Part shown: positions 13,098 through 26,724 of the stretch, one piece after another
Layout: each line of letters starts with the position of its first letter
Numbering within the stretch: the stretch's first letter is position 1
Assembly: GCA_030704615.1 (NCBI GenBank)
Contig: CM060733.1
Span: forward strand, 61,070,001-61,134,000
DNA length: 64,000 bases
Reading direction: 5' to 3'
Source: Takakia lepidozioides
Lineage: Eukaryota > Plantae > Bryophyta
Made by a program: the position numbers and the translations under genes
Notes under the pieces: generated by a model
Told to the model about the DNA's origin: nothing
Database searches by the model: none
The model's input: the letters and a program-made list of their open reading frames with translations, nothing else

Positions 13098-16000
13098 TTC
13101 AGCCTATACCTTTCGCTTACCTTTCTTGCCTTTGGGCGTTGGAAACCCCTGACAAATTTTCCAATTGGAAGGCTGAGAATTAGGGTTTTCCAGCTATGGA
13201 GACGGGTAATAAAACAAACCCTGTAAGTATGGGAGTGGTGCGGTGAAACCCTCTTAGTTCTAGTCTCTCTCTCGATCTTCTCTACCGATTTGCTAGAGGA
13301 ATCTGGGGTGGTGTGGGTGTCTGGCAGATAAGAGAAGTATGCCGCCGTCATGCCAAGCCATGGTGCCTCCAGAAATAGACGATGGGTCTGTATTTCCAGC
13401 TATGAATGCATACGCATTGCCCAACGCACTGTCGCCCCTCCACACGCTCCAGGCGGACCCTGTTAGAGTTCAAAACATGGTGGAAGATCTTCTCGTGCTC
13501 GGGGTGGTTCCAGTTAATCTGACCAACAATTTGGCAGAGGCGATCGTGCTTGCCATCCAATCTGCGCTTGCAATTGCACGCTGAAGGAGGTAGGGGAAGG
13601 AGGCGCCGATTTGGCTCGAGGAGGTTAACGAAGAGGAGACAGATTGCGGTCTTGTACTTAACGAGAGAGACGTTTGAGATGAGGGTTTTCTGAAAGAAGA
13701 TAGCGCGAAGGGGAGATGGTCTTGTTTCTTACGGTCCCTTTATAATAAACTTGAGAAAGTTCTAGAGAACCTGTCTACCTTGGGGTATGGTGTCTGGATC
13801 CTCCGGTGGGGGACTCAGACTATGATGTTGAGCCGTGTAACTGATTGCTTTATTACCCGCAGCGCTTTCTCTCCAGTAAGCCTTCAGCGCTCGTTCTAGT
13901 GTTGGGGTCGCATCTCACCCAGATTGGGCTCGGTTTACGGAATTCGGAGTCACCTCCAGACGAGCATCTTCAGGATTCTCGACCATTATTTATGTAGAGC
14001 ATTCTATTCAAGCGTTTCCCTGCGCCTGTTTTGGGGCAGGACCATTTTAGTGATTATACTTTCAGGTCTACTGCTCTGGTGCCTATCTCAGTATGGAAAG
14101 TTCAGAGCTTCCCCACGGCCAACAACACCCAGTGGTGAGATTGGGTTCCCCACCCTAGCTGACCAAATTTGGACTTTTCTTGTTACTATGTTTCTTTTCA
14201 GGTCTGGCCACCTAGGTATTTGCTACATCACTTGTATTTTATCTCTGCAGGAGGTAATGCAGGAGATAGGCCTTCGACAGATGGAGGTTCTCGGATTTGC
14301 ACAGATAGTGTAACAAGAGCACAGTTATGGTGACGCCAAACGGGAATTTGCTGGCTTTGCTAAGGTGCAGGCAAAATATGTTTGCAAGGTGGCCTCACTT
14401 TCCTCTCACAACTCATGTATTTACCTTATGCAGTGAATGAAGTTGGAGGGAACTAGGCTACTGTGTTGTAGCCTCGAAGGCTTGACATTGTGCCTGAGTT
14501 GATTGATCATGCATTCACAGCAGAAACCACGATTGATGAGTATGACATCGCTCTGTAGATTCCTAGTTACACATGTTGGTACAGCTCCTCATCTGGTAGT
14601 AATGTTGACATATACTATGGGACCACCTCAAATGAAAATCCTTAGATTCATCCAACTTCAGCTTATTTAGGTAACCTTCGAATTCCAGTTGTTGAGTTGC
14701 TGTTCTCTGCTGACTAATCTTGTGGAACAATCTTCCATGGCTATATTGCTTCAGGAAAAAATCACATATGTACGGATGTTTATGTGTGTGAAATACATAT
14801 TTGTTGTTGTTTGAGTTTACCAGCAGGCCTGCGCATAGCCAAACCCACGAACCCTCTAGCTCATACCCAACTTCCGGCAGAGCACAGGGAAAGATTGAGG
14901 GGTCCTCCTATAGATACACCTTTCCGGAAAGCTCTAGAAGGAGGTCCCCACCGCCTCACATATCCTACTTCCCAGCTCTCCTCTACACATGGCCTCTCAT
15001 ATCAGCCATTCCCACACCCTGCCATTGACTGCTCCATTGCTCTCCTTTTTCTGACCTTCAGAAACCACCGCCGCCAAGATTTGGGACTCCATTTCCTTTT
15101 AGTTCCATCGTGTTCAATTTCTTTCATGTGTCACTTGCATTTCAATTTGCTTACTATGAACTTGAAGAACTGCTCAAAGATATTTAGTTGTCAAGTGCTA
15201 TATTTTGTTCTGTTCCAACATTTTTATGGGGATGACTGGGAAAGAGCTACCCACTTCCCACCTGCTGCTGCATATAAGATTGAATCGTATGAGAATTAAT
15301 GAAAGTACCTTCAGAACCCATCCTGTGAACTCCCTCCAAAGAGAACAAGTAGAAAATCTGCGCACCACAGTGGCTTCAAAGTGAGTACGGGACTGATGGA
15401 TGTGAGAAGATGGGCAAATCTTGGCATATAAATATGTCATACAATTAACAAGCTGCAGCAAGAGACTAGAGACCTCTCAAGGAAGTGAGAAAAGCACAAA
15501 AACACGCAGCCTGGAAGTGTGGTACCCAGAGTGTGGTGAGAGACCATCGACTCGCCATAGCTGCAAGGAGAATGTAGCACCCACAGGGAGGCGGAGAGAG
15601 CAGATTGATGGAAATGGCTACGGGACAAGGGACACCCCGCCAAGTCCAGGCTGTGAGACTGCCGAGACTGACTACTGCGATTGGCGGGCAGAGCGAGAGT
15701 AGGTAGAGTGGTAATGAGGGACGGGGAGACAGGGGTGGTGGACTTGATCATGCGCCGTCAAGACCCTTCACACTTGCTGATATGCTACCATCGTAAAATA
15801 GGTTATCATTACCGACATCTCATTTTATTACCTCGTCCTAATTTTTTTCTATGGTTTCGGTAACTACTTATTAGCAGCATACTATCACCGTGTATACTTG
15901 GTGATAAATAGACCATGTCCTAAGCTCTCAACTCACACACCATATCCCTGTTCATGAAACAAACATGCGATAACGTGGTTGATAATTGAGGCCCATGACA

Positions 16001-16975
16001 GCCTGTCCAACTCCTTCTTCCTTTTAGCAGCGAAATTAAGCAATTCTCCTGAAATCTTGTCAGACTACTGAGGTTTGGGCAATTCAACATCATGAGGCCA
16101 CTTAAGGTAATTATGTTGATGCAGTTCTTTCAGGGAAGCACAAAAATCCTTAACTTTGTGTCTTCTGCCTTCTCGAATTAGCTGCTCCTCGGCCTCCTCT
16201 CCCTCGCCCTCGCGCTGGCCTTGTTGCCTCTACAGATCCACTGTTCGACAGATCCATTGCACTAGAGGATTGTGTCTGCATCTCGCCCAACTTGTGCATA
16301 TCAACGCAATCTGCAGCATTCACAGCCCCGAAGCTTGCGTGAAGCTTGCAACGAAACTGGGCCTCAATGAAGGAGATAGAGAGATAGATAATTTACATGC
16401 TGAGGTTTCGGAATGATAGATTAACGCCGGCAATAGGCGCGTGAATGTTCAAAATGTGAAGATCCGGCGGTAAGGTATGAGCGGGGTTATCGCTCAATGA
16501 TAAGCGCGCCGATAGTGTGCCACGTAATCAACCACGTAGGATCCTATTCAGTGGCGAGGTTGTATATATGAACGACCATATCGATGAGCGTATCAGCAAG
16601 TGTGAATGACCCTTAAGTATTGCCTGTTAATAACCACTCTTTTATGGTGGCCGTTGAACAACCTCTAACTTTGTGGTGACGGTGTTGTAATTAGAGTATT
16701 CCAGGGAAGTTGGGGTTGGTGTTCGACTGCTACTGTGAGGATGTAGTGCCGCAGAGATAGAAAGAGGAAGTTGTATAACGTGCAAGTACCTGCATGGTAG
16801 CTAGTTAGTTTCCAAATCAGCAGTGTCTTGAAGTCTAAGATAATATATAGACCAGCGGATGAGCATTCCACCATCATCAAGCTCAAGCCAGTGATGTAAT
16901 GGATTCAATTCATTAATTGCGAATATCCTGGGAAAATTTGTTGAAACTAGCTAAGCAATCAGCTCCGCATGCAAA

Positions 16976-19425
16976 TCAACCTACTGGAAGGGCACATAAA
17001 TCTCTGATGTTCATGGGGTATATGTCCGCACGGCCTCCAGAGAAGAATCGGTTGCCGATGATGCTGTTCGCTGCATCTGATGGATGGTATGCATCCCAAA
17101 AGAGATAGTCTTTTCTATTGGAACAGTATGAGACCCCAGAGAAGCATGGAAGAACACCGTGGTACTGCCCTAGTGCCAAACCGCAACATGCCTGATCTCT
17201 CACCGAAATACCTGCCAAAAAAGACGTGGTTGCCATGTCATGTCAAATGCTCTCTCTATAATTTTTGAGCTCCAGAGCTCGTCGTTGCATTCATCTGCAG
17301 CCCACAAGAAAATAGCCGACTTCCTAAATGAACCTTGCACACAAACTCAATAGTTGACAAATGCTGCTCTTGAAATCTGCACATGTATACAGTTGAAGGG
17401 AGAGGCAAGAGAAAATGCTTCCGCATTGAATAAAAAAATCAATTGCTTTGAAAGACTCTGCAAGAGAACTTACCAAAAGCAGAAGGGTTATTGACAATAC
17501 TAGCGACAACGTCAAATGCATTTGCGAGTACGAATCTTGTTTGCGTAAAATTGGCATTGAGCTCGTCTATGAGGAGTCTCAACGCTGCGTTGAAGCTGGC
17601 GACCTGATTGTTGTCCTTTTGGACACAAGCTCCTCCTTGCGCGAGGTTGTAAGTCAGCCGAAATGGAATACATCCAAGCGGTCCAGTGTTCGAAATGACA
17701 AATTTGCGGCCACCCAGCGCAACTAATGTCTGTAGCACTCCAACCGAAGGGAATGTTATAAGTAAACTTTACAAAATAAGCTCTTAGTGAGTAAACTCTG
17801 TAGTGAAACTGTCGTGCCCTCTACATGGAGCTCGTCCAATTCATTTTTCGACTCTCTATCTGATCCGGGCCTCGCTAGAAATAGTGCATGCATATTTCCT
17901 CTTCTTTTTTTCTTCTCCCTTCCTTTGTGCTGAGCACAAACAGGGCGCTGCCCGGGTCGGCACGAGGCTCCAAAAGGGAATTGCTTCCTCGGGAGCACCA
18001 GTTACCGCAACTACTCCCATAGTCATATGCACAGGATCCGTTGTTGTAAACTAGTGCCCCCTTTGTGGGTAAGGGCGGATATGAGAGAGAAAGAGGAATA
18101 GGAGAGACTGACATGGAGCTGCTTTCGGTACGTGTTGATCATCATGTCTTGAAATTGTCGCAGTGTGTACTTCTTTGGTGAGGGAGAGCCGACAACCATG
18201 TAGTTGTTGAGGAAGTCGTTGGATCCAATGGTCACCGAATAGAGAGAATTTCTTATAAGCTCAGCTCCTGCTGTTGGCCCCAGAAGTTGAAAGATCTCGG
18301 CTTTGGTCTTACGAAAATTATTGATCTGCTGCGTCAAGGGGATGCGCCCCACCTGCAGATCACAGAAAAAAGAGTCGGAACAAAATAGAGAAGAAATCCT
18401 AGCTGAGACTTGATCAGGTCATGGAAAAGCGAGGGAAAAGCGGGGATAGTTCTCAGTGAAGACTGCACTCAGGACTTACAAAGTTGTATCCTGTGAAATC
18501 AAGGATCCCAGACCCCCCAGATGCATAGTTCACCCCTTTAAGAATCGCAGCACCGCGTGTTGTAGGAGCCAGATAGGGAGGCGCGAATGGTAGTCCCAGA
18601 AGCTGCCCTGCGCATTCAAGAAACTCCGAAGTTGGGAACATATTGATCTCTGTCCATCCCTAGTCTCCACCACAGCAGAGATGGATTTTTTCCCACTTGG
18701 CCTCCACCTTGGAATGGTTTAGGTTGGTCTTGAGTTCTATTTCTCAAGGCAGGAGGCGGCCCTTACGTACCATGGTTACGGTAGATGACTCGGAGACATC
18801 GACCGTGCGGGTTATTGCACAAATGACACAGGGAATTCGGGAATAGAGACTCCAATCTTCCACATTCTGGAATCATTGCGCCACGACATAACAAATTCGA
18901 GACAAGCATGAAACATGAACACACACTCTATCCATATTCCCGGGGAAAAAACCCGATATATAACTAAAGCCACTCGCTTAAGTACCACGTATGCAAGAAT
19001 CAGTAGAGCTCCACCTTAAAACCTGATCACTTTCTGTTAAACCCTAGATAGCACAAATCTGAAACAGATACCTGGCAGCAGTCGAGCTACTTAAAGGCGG
19101 CCCCTGGTGATTCGAGCATTGAAGTGAATCCCAAATGCTCTCGGTGCTTACCAACTATATCGGCGACAGTTCGTCCGTTGGAAAATCTTCCAGTGGGTGT
19201 ACCTCCCGGAAAATCAATCCCGTTTGCCGGTGAGTTTGCCTTGGCAAGGGAGTTGATATAATTGTTGTTCCCAGCATCAACAAGTGAGTCCCCAAACACG
19301 AATGAGGCAGGTAGTGCATGGGGTACTTGCACATTCCGTAATCCCTTACTGTGGCAAAGAAGCGAGGATAGCAGAATAGAGAACACCCATATCTCCAATA
19401 CAACCAGGCATCTGGGCAATATCAT
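16976..19425 (-). CDS. GDSL esterase/lipase (SGNH), 377 aa; exons 19425-19152, 18607-18480, 18352-18113, 17729-17474, 17211-16976
   Basis: FVFGDSLVDAGNN, PTGRFSNG, GVNYASGG, GSNDF and FWDAYHP blocks. Five GT-AG exons total 1134 nt in frame, with a hydrophobic signal peptide. Confidence 0.95.
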
Positions 19426-20436
19426 GATTGGTTGTCTGCAGAGTAGTCAACGACAGCCAACCGGCGCGATACCACCCTCCTCCCAGGTACAAGAAAGAAC
19501 AGAGTGGAGGAAACTGATTTAGTTCAAGTTTGAACTTAGGCTTCAGCAGCGGCTGCTCTTCGAGCTTTTCTGCTTGATCGACCTGCCCATCTGCTACTAC
19601 ATACAAAATTAAAGCGTCTTCTACTAGAACGAAATGACAAGGCCCATCCCCGAAACTCCTTCCAAAGTACTACGTGAATTTAGAGGATCTAAAGGATAAT
19701 GAGGAAGAGGTGCCCAGGGACTATATCTTGCAAGAGATGCTGCAGAATAGACTTGAGCTCTCAAGCACAACCATTCAAGCCTGGTGTGACACCACCACAC
19801 AATAACACTTTTGTGTGCAAGTTCTGTAGGGTACCACCTTGCTGCCTCACAATGTGTGGCGCCAGACTCTGGCGAAGTGAGGAAGCGAGCGTACTCGGGC
19901 TGAAAGTCATGTACTACGCTGAGAGTACAAAAGACAATGCAGCAAAGAAACGAGAGAGTCTCGCAAGAGCATAGACTCACTTCCTCTGCAAAGCAAGTGC
20001 AGCAGGTATGCGAGCAGAAGGAACAGCCCGCCGAGTGGAGTGAGGTGGCCTAGCGGGAGAGCGAGAGTAAGTAGGTAGAGTGGTAATGAGACGGAGGCGG
20101 CGGTGGTAGACATGATCTATATTATACTACTGTAGTAACATGAAAGATGTTATGGCCACGTGGATTTGAAAACCGCGCCTCCTGGGGGAGTAGTTGTCGC
20201 TAGTATAGCGGCTGCTAAAGACGGCGAGTAGCGGCAGTGAAGTGGGCGCCAATTTAGAGCCCTCCTAGTTTGACCTTGGTTAACAGCATCGACGATGAAG
20301 ATAACACGGAAGAAAAGTGGTGTTTGGAATGGATGGAGGCATTCGTACAGTTTTCTAGGGCATGTATGACTTCACCTCTCCCCTTCAGGCGTGTGTGTAG
20401 TTTCAGTCTTCGCAGGCGCATCCCGTCTTCTTCCTG

Positions 20437-23400
20437 ATGTTGGCGCTGTTTGAAACGCCTGCGGGCTTTGCCCTGTTCAAAGTCCTGAATGAAGCCAAGC
20501 TTGAAAAAATTGAGGTAAGACGCCTGAGCAACCAAAACTGGTGATTTTTTTTTTCGCTTCTAGTTGCTTTAGAGCCGTAGGTGAGATTCGTCTGTATTCT
20601 GTATGGGGATTGAGACCGTGTTTTTGGTTGCAGGATCTATGGAAGGAGTTCGAGACCCCAGAGACTGCACGAAAGGTAAGCTGAGTAGAGGAGCAAGCTG
20701 TAGGTTTTTTCAGTGCAGATCCACAAAGAAGCTGAAAGTCAGTTGTAAAGGGTTCTCTTGTGCATAGGAGGATTTATTGTTTTCCTCGTCACCTGGTTTG
20801 GACAGATGGTGAAGCTGAAAGCCTTTGACAAGTTTGAGAACACTACTGATGCACTGGGGGCAGCCACTGCTCTGGTGGAGAGCAAATTGCCCAAGGGCCT
20901 CCGCAAGTTCCTGAAGGCCCAATGTCAAGGGGAGACCTTGGTGATTGCTGACTCCAAACTAGGCAAGGCCATCAGTGAAAAGCTGGTACGTAGCATCTAT
21001 GTTTTCAATTTGCTACGGTTTATCTAAATTTTGTGGCAATGTTTGACTGCTTACTTTAGGTCATAGGGTGCAATGAAGAATCTCACATTTGGTGATGAAA
21101 CTTGAGGCTAGCTTGCAGGGGAACGACTGCTATTTTTGTAGTTCTCTGGATGGAGTAAGTCAGGGAAGGTGGAAGCGAGTCCCCGGTTTTCTTCCTTCCC
21201 CTACTAGATATATTTGAAGTGAGGGTTTTAGGTCTGGACTTCCAAGGAAGGTTCCTAAATCTTTTTGTCAACACTTCAGTGCTCCTGACTTCATGTTTGG
21301 TTGTGATTAAAAACTAGCAGGACAAATGAGATATAGAAGTGCTCATAAGACTGAAGGCCCTCAGGATTGAAGAGTACACCATGATTTGGAAGTGTCTGTT
21401 CTTCATTGTTTGACTATGACATAAGCAATCCAGTATTGCATTTGTGAATGTGATATAGTAAATGCTGTTTTGCAGGAAATCAACTGTGTAAATAATGCTG
21501 CGGTATCTGAGCTTATGAGAGGTTTACGGTCGCAGTTGTCAGAACTGATTGTGGGACTTGCGGGCAGTGACATGGCCCCTATGAGTCTTGGTCTCTCCCA
21601 CAGCTTATCTCGCTATAAGCTGAAGTTTAGCCCTGACAAGGTCATCTTTCATACCATACCTCTCTTGTTTGGTTTCTTGGGCTCTCTGGAAGTAAGCACA
21701 CCTCACTTTTTGGAACATACTAAAAGGATGATATCTTACGCAATACTGGCTGGACAAAGAGTATGTGCACCCGAAAAGGTTTTTACCCATCGAGAGTGTG
21801 GAATCCCAGTCCAAAACTAGCTCTATCACTCAAATGACAATGCAAGGAACAGAGCGTTTGATGTGCTGGCTGGTATAGGGATATGGAGAACTGTCGTTGT
21901 TGATTTCAGCACTACTGCTCATCACATTGCGGGGCCTATTTTACCCACCAGTCCCTACGTTTAGAAGAGTGGAGGGAGGAATCTAAGGAGCCAGTCTCAT
22001 GCAACTTGAAATGCTTCCCATGGTCCTCCACAGTTGGAGTGTAGCAAGGAAGATGGGAGAGAGCAGTAGACGAATTTGAAGGGCCAAGGGAAAGCTGCAG
22101 GTGTATTTATGATCATTTATTGTTCTCCAGTAATGCTGTGACTCTCGAGATCATAGCGATTCTAGATTACCATAGTGTCAATCTGAACTGAGTGTTTACC
22201 CGTGGATCTGGTGGTTCATCAATGTCTCCAGCCTTGTGGCCGTGCTCTCCCAGCAAGATATTATGGAAAATGTTGCAGTAGCACCTGGAGTTCTGGGGGG
22301 TCACACCCATCTCAGCTTTTTTCTGATGAACACTCTTGAATTTCGGAGCTCTGAATTGCTCTGATGTATCTCTCAGAAGGAGAGGATAACCAATGTTATA
22401 AACAAAAGCGGAATTGTTGCCTTATTTGGGTCATTCTGATTGTTGTTTGTTGTATTTCTTGTCTTGTTGGCTAATATTTTCCTCCTACTGTCATGCAGGT
22501 AGACACAATGATAGTGCAAGCAATTGGGCTCCTTGATGATTTGGATAAGGAGCTCAATACGTATGCTATGCGTGTGAGAGAATGGTTTGGCTGGCATTTC
22601 CCAGAGCTTGGGAAGATTGTAGCAGATAATGTACAGTTTGCTAAAGCTGTGAAGTTCATGGGCAGTCGGACAAATGCAGCAGATCTTGACTTCTCTGCAG
22701 TAAGCACCTCCTCCTTGCTTTTTTGTACTTGTGAGTAGGTACAACTTTTTAAAGTTGAGTAAGTGCCTCAGGATTTGTCATTTGCCCATCATCCTTGCAG
22801 CTCTGTTATCTAATCACACCATTATTCACTTGGGAGTGGAGTTGCTCTTTCGATTATTACCTGCAGTTTTTTTGCTAATGCAAAGAGCTTGTGTTCTGCT
22901 TGCAGATTTTGTCAGAGGAGGTGGAGGTAGAGTTAAAGGAGGCTGCTGTAATTTCCATGGGTACAGAGGTGAGCGAGGAAGACATGTTGAACATCAAGTC
23001 CTTGTGTGACCAGGTAATTGCACTGGCAGAATATCGGGCTCAGCTTTTTGAGTATCTGCGGAGTCGCATGAATGCCATTGCCCCCAACTTGACAGTAATG
23101 GTGGGGGAGCTAGTTGGAGCGCGCCTCATAGCTCATGCTGGAAGCCTCATCAACTTGGCAAAGCACCCAGCCAGTACTGTGCAGATCCTGGGTGCGGAGA
23201 AGGTCAGTGGTCGTCTGCTCTTAAGAATGTCAGATTTGTCTGTGTATTGTTCAAATATGGCCACTTATTTCTACTCTCCATGGGCACCCTAGCCTGGATA
23301 ATTATCACTATTTTTTCGATTGTTTTTTGCTCGAATTTCAAGGATGATGTCTCAGATCTTGTCTAGTGGATGGAGGGAACTAGGTTGGCCAGGTCTGTGA

Positions 23401-25366
23401 GTCTACTGTTCCGAGCCAAATCTCCTATGGTGTGGCCAGAGTTTTACGCCGCACTGAGAACCATGTCATTGACGGTCTGTTTGTTGATAATCGGGTGTAG
23501 GCGTTGTTTAGGGCTTTAAAGACAAAGCATGAGACCCCCAAGTATGGTCTGATCTATCATGCGTCACTAATAGGACAAGCTCCTCCCAAATTCAAGGGGA
23601 AGATAGCCAGAGTACTTGCCGCAAAATCCGCTCTGTCAATTCGTGTGGACGCTCTTGGAGATGACCCAGACATTTCTGTTGGTATCGAGAATCGGGCCAA
23701 GGTGAACAAATAATTGCAACTACTTGTGCTTTGTAGCAACACTTTGAGTCTCTGAATCCGCTGTCTGTACTGACCTCCCTTGTACATTTCTTGCTCCTAT
23801 GACATCCTCTATCCTGTGCAGTCCCATTCTTTTTAAATGCTGCTGTGTATGCATGCAATATCTTGCAATTCAATGTCGTGGAAGTGTTTTCAGACATCTG
23901 GGTTTGGAGTGCTCAGTCAGCTTCTTTCTTCTTTATTTACTCTTCATTCCCGCACTTCTGGCCTTTGTTACTGTGATAACTTGCTGACCACAAGACCTTA
24001 CACACATAATTAAGTTGTCTAATTCATTTGCCTTCTCCCATGTGACAGGTGGAAGCTAGGTTGCGGCAACTGGAGGGTAGAACTATGGGAAAAATCAGCG
24101 GGGCAGTTAAGGGCAAGCCCAAAATTGAGCACTATGACAAGGACAGGAAGAAGGACACGCCTGGCCTGCTGTCTGCTGCTAAGGTGGGGGGTAATTGCAG
24201 ATGTATTAGTGGATTGGGGAGCATCATGTTGTCATGCACTGCACAAGCATTCAGCTTGTGTTTAATGTCTGTAAAGCAAACGTTAGGAATCAAACAGGGG
24301 TTGAGCCTCGTCTCGTCTCTCAGACATTTATTTTGTAGAGGTGTCATTGCCCGCAAGAAAGTTACATATCTTTACTGGGAGTGTTATGGCGCCGGATGCT
24401 TTGGTTTCAGCCACGGAGTCTTGCATCAGGCTTGAGCACAATTCCTCTTGACCATCAAAGTTTCCTCGGATGTTTGTTTCATGTGCAGACATATAATCCA
24501 GCTGCGGACTCCACCCTTGAGACACCTGCCGCAAATGCCTCTGAGAAACGGTCTGAAAAGAAGAATATGAAAAAACGGGAGGAGATGGTGGTTGAAGTGA
24601 AAGGTGAGGTGGTGGTTGAAGCAGTGGAAGTTCCAGCAAAAAGGAAATCCAAAAAAGACAAAAAGTCAGACCTGGAGCCACCTTCCATTGTTGAGATCGA
24701 GGCTGAGCCAGCTAAGGTGGGTGTGACACAATGAGCTACTTTTATTTAACCCAATCCATCTCAACGGAATATCGGGGCCGTCGAACCTAAAAGGTAGAAA
24801 GATAGGTCGTCAATTTGGCTCCCCCCCCCCCCCAAAAGTGAGTTATCACAGGTGTTGAAAACGGCCAGGTTCAAGCTACCAATTGCACCTTATGAAGCTT
24901 AAAACGGTTACAGATTTGATCACTTGAACTCAAGAGCCAGAGTAGCACGGCAGAGATTATCCTGTCTTGTTAGCCTTTTTGTTGTAACTAGAAATTTAGT
25001 GCACTCTCTTTGTCATAATCCTGAGGTTGTGGTAAGAACCCATTTTATTTGGAGTTATGGTCCCTTAAGGTCCCTTCCCCAAGGTGGCATCCGAGGTACA
25101 TACTGATTGTGTTTGCCACCAAGCCGATTGCTTTGTGCTCATTCTGTGACTCTATTTGGCAGAAAAAGAAGAAGACTGCCAAGGAGGTGCCAGAGGTGGT
25201 AGTGGCTGTGGCTGTGGCGGCAGATGCTGCTCCGGAGCCCAAGTCTTCTAAGAAGAAGAGGAAAGCTGAGCTGGAGGCTGCAGCTGTGGCTGGGGCAGAG
25301 GCTGCTGTTGAGGAGGTCATTAAAGAGAAAAAAAAGAAGAAAAAGAGGAAGGAAAGCGATGGATGA
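20437..25366 (+). CDS. NOP58: Nucleolar protein 58 (NOP5), box C/D snoRNP core protein, 576 aa; exons 20437-20514, 20634-20675, 20806-20985, 21476-21640, 22499-22699, 22906-23202, 23501-23701, 24049-24183, 24489-24716, 25163-25366
   Basis: [15 protein letters not shown] start, [27 protein letters not shown] (NOP58 rather than NOP56 signature), [20 protein letters not shown] and a Lys/Glu-rich tail. Ten exons joined by phase-0 GT-AG introns, 1731 nt. Confidence 0.96.
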
Positions 25367-26043
25367 GGAATTACTTTGGGAGTCAAGTTGAGCTCATAGT
25401 TTTGAAGTGTTGATAGCTCATTGGTATGGGCGTAAAAGTGTGGCTCTGCAAACCAAAAGAGCCTCCTGGTCTTGGCAAGCTGTTTCTGCCAGCAGTAAGC
25501 AGTCGATTGCATCCTCACTTTGGATAGAAGCTAGAAAGTTGTCCCCTTCGCAGGCCTTTGCAGTTGTGGCCTAAAAGTTTTCCAGGACTCTTACAGTTTG
25601 GACAGGTGCCTTAAAGACTGCATCTAACTTATTAGCCTAGCACATCTGAACCAGGGATTAAGGACATGCCTAACAAGAAACTGTGGCCAGGTCCCTGCCA
25701 AGCTAGAGTGTGACATTATTCGGCGAATCACTTATTTCTTGTTTACATTTTTTGCCCTTGTATGACAAGTATTAAAACTCTCTGCTTTCTCTCAACTCTC
25801 CTCTGTAAGACTTCTTTCTCCTTCGATTGGCTGATAAATTCAGAAAGCCCTTCTTCTAAAAGCAGGATAATGAATGGTTGTTGATAGCGATTGCTCTGAC
25901 TGGATGAATGGCGTTTATGAGGCGTACTTTTAGTCGAGTAATTAGTGACTTACTGCGACTAGTGACTAGCAAATCTTGTGCGGATAGTGATTAGTGACCT
26001 AACAGGAAAAGTTGTGGACTTTTGAGCGAGCGCTTGCATGGCT

Positions 26044-26373
26044 CGTAATTGAGTTTAGGACATTACTTGCCGACGTGTCCCATTTTCATTAGCTCTCAGC
26101 ACCGTGTCACCCGCCGTAGCCCATTACCTATGCTGACCTATTTGTAAAGGGAATGAATACAGTGTGGATGACTACGACATTTTACCTGGCTTCAGGGATG
26201 ACTATGACATTTTACCTGGCTACAGGGATGACTATGACATTTTTTTGGCTTCATGGATGCTCTAATTGGATGACTATGACCTTATGTATGTATCGCTTGA
26301 GCGTGACAGATTGAAGCTGGCATCTCGATGAGCGGCATAGTAACCTGCTCGCATCGTCCTTAAACTCAATTAC
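26044..26373. mobile_element. Small inverted-repeat element (putative MITE) with internal ~30-bp tandem repeat
   Basis: CGTAATTGAGTTTAGGAC ... GTCCTTAAACTCAATTACG. Three to four copies of GGATGACTATGACATTTTACCTGGCTWCAG at 26166-26280. No clear TSD. Confidence 0.5.
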
Positions 26374-26394
26374 GTCCGGTAGCGTTCATGGATC

Positions 26395-26486
26395 GACTGG
26401 GTACAGGATGTAGCCAGTCCCAGGCCTATCTTGCCGCTACCGCGGCTCGATAGCCCGGGCGGACGAGCTACATCCTGTAGCCAGTC
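26395..26486. repeat. 92-bp hairpin
   Basis: GACTGGGTACAGGATGTAGC ... GCTACATCCTGTAGCCAGTC (19/20 complementary) plus an imperfect inner stem. Confidence 0.75.
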
Positions 26487-26724
26487 TCAATAATAATATT
26501 ATAATATTTGATGCCTCCCCAAGGAAGCGTAAATTATGGAGTCTCTTCAGCCAGAAGGGTTACTGCCTTCCGCTAGTCTCCCCGCTAACATTAAGTCCAT
26601 TACATACATTCCTGGCCTATTCCCAGCACGTGTGCCTCATTTGGGTGATTCTAGACATGTCTGAGTTTGTAAGATTTACTTGTCCCCTAACAAAGTTTCT
26701 ATGAAGTTGGACTCAGTCTGTGGC

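Noticed and set aside
13100-15750. ORFs of 80-170 aa between UNC93 and GDSL
   Set aside because: No recognisable domain or consistent exon chain; probably eroded retroelement or intergenic DNA.
21160-21285. H/ACA snoRNA (two hairpins in NOP58 intron 3)
   Set aside because: No ANANNA hinge box and no ACA box after the second hairpin.
26180-26225. U1 snRNA 5'-end-like TTACCTGG
   Set aside because: Only an 8-nt match within a tandem repeat; the rest of U1 is absent.
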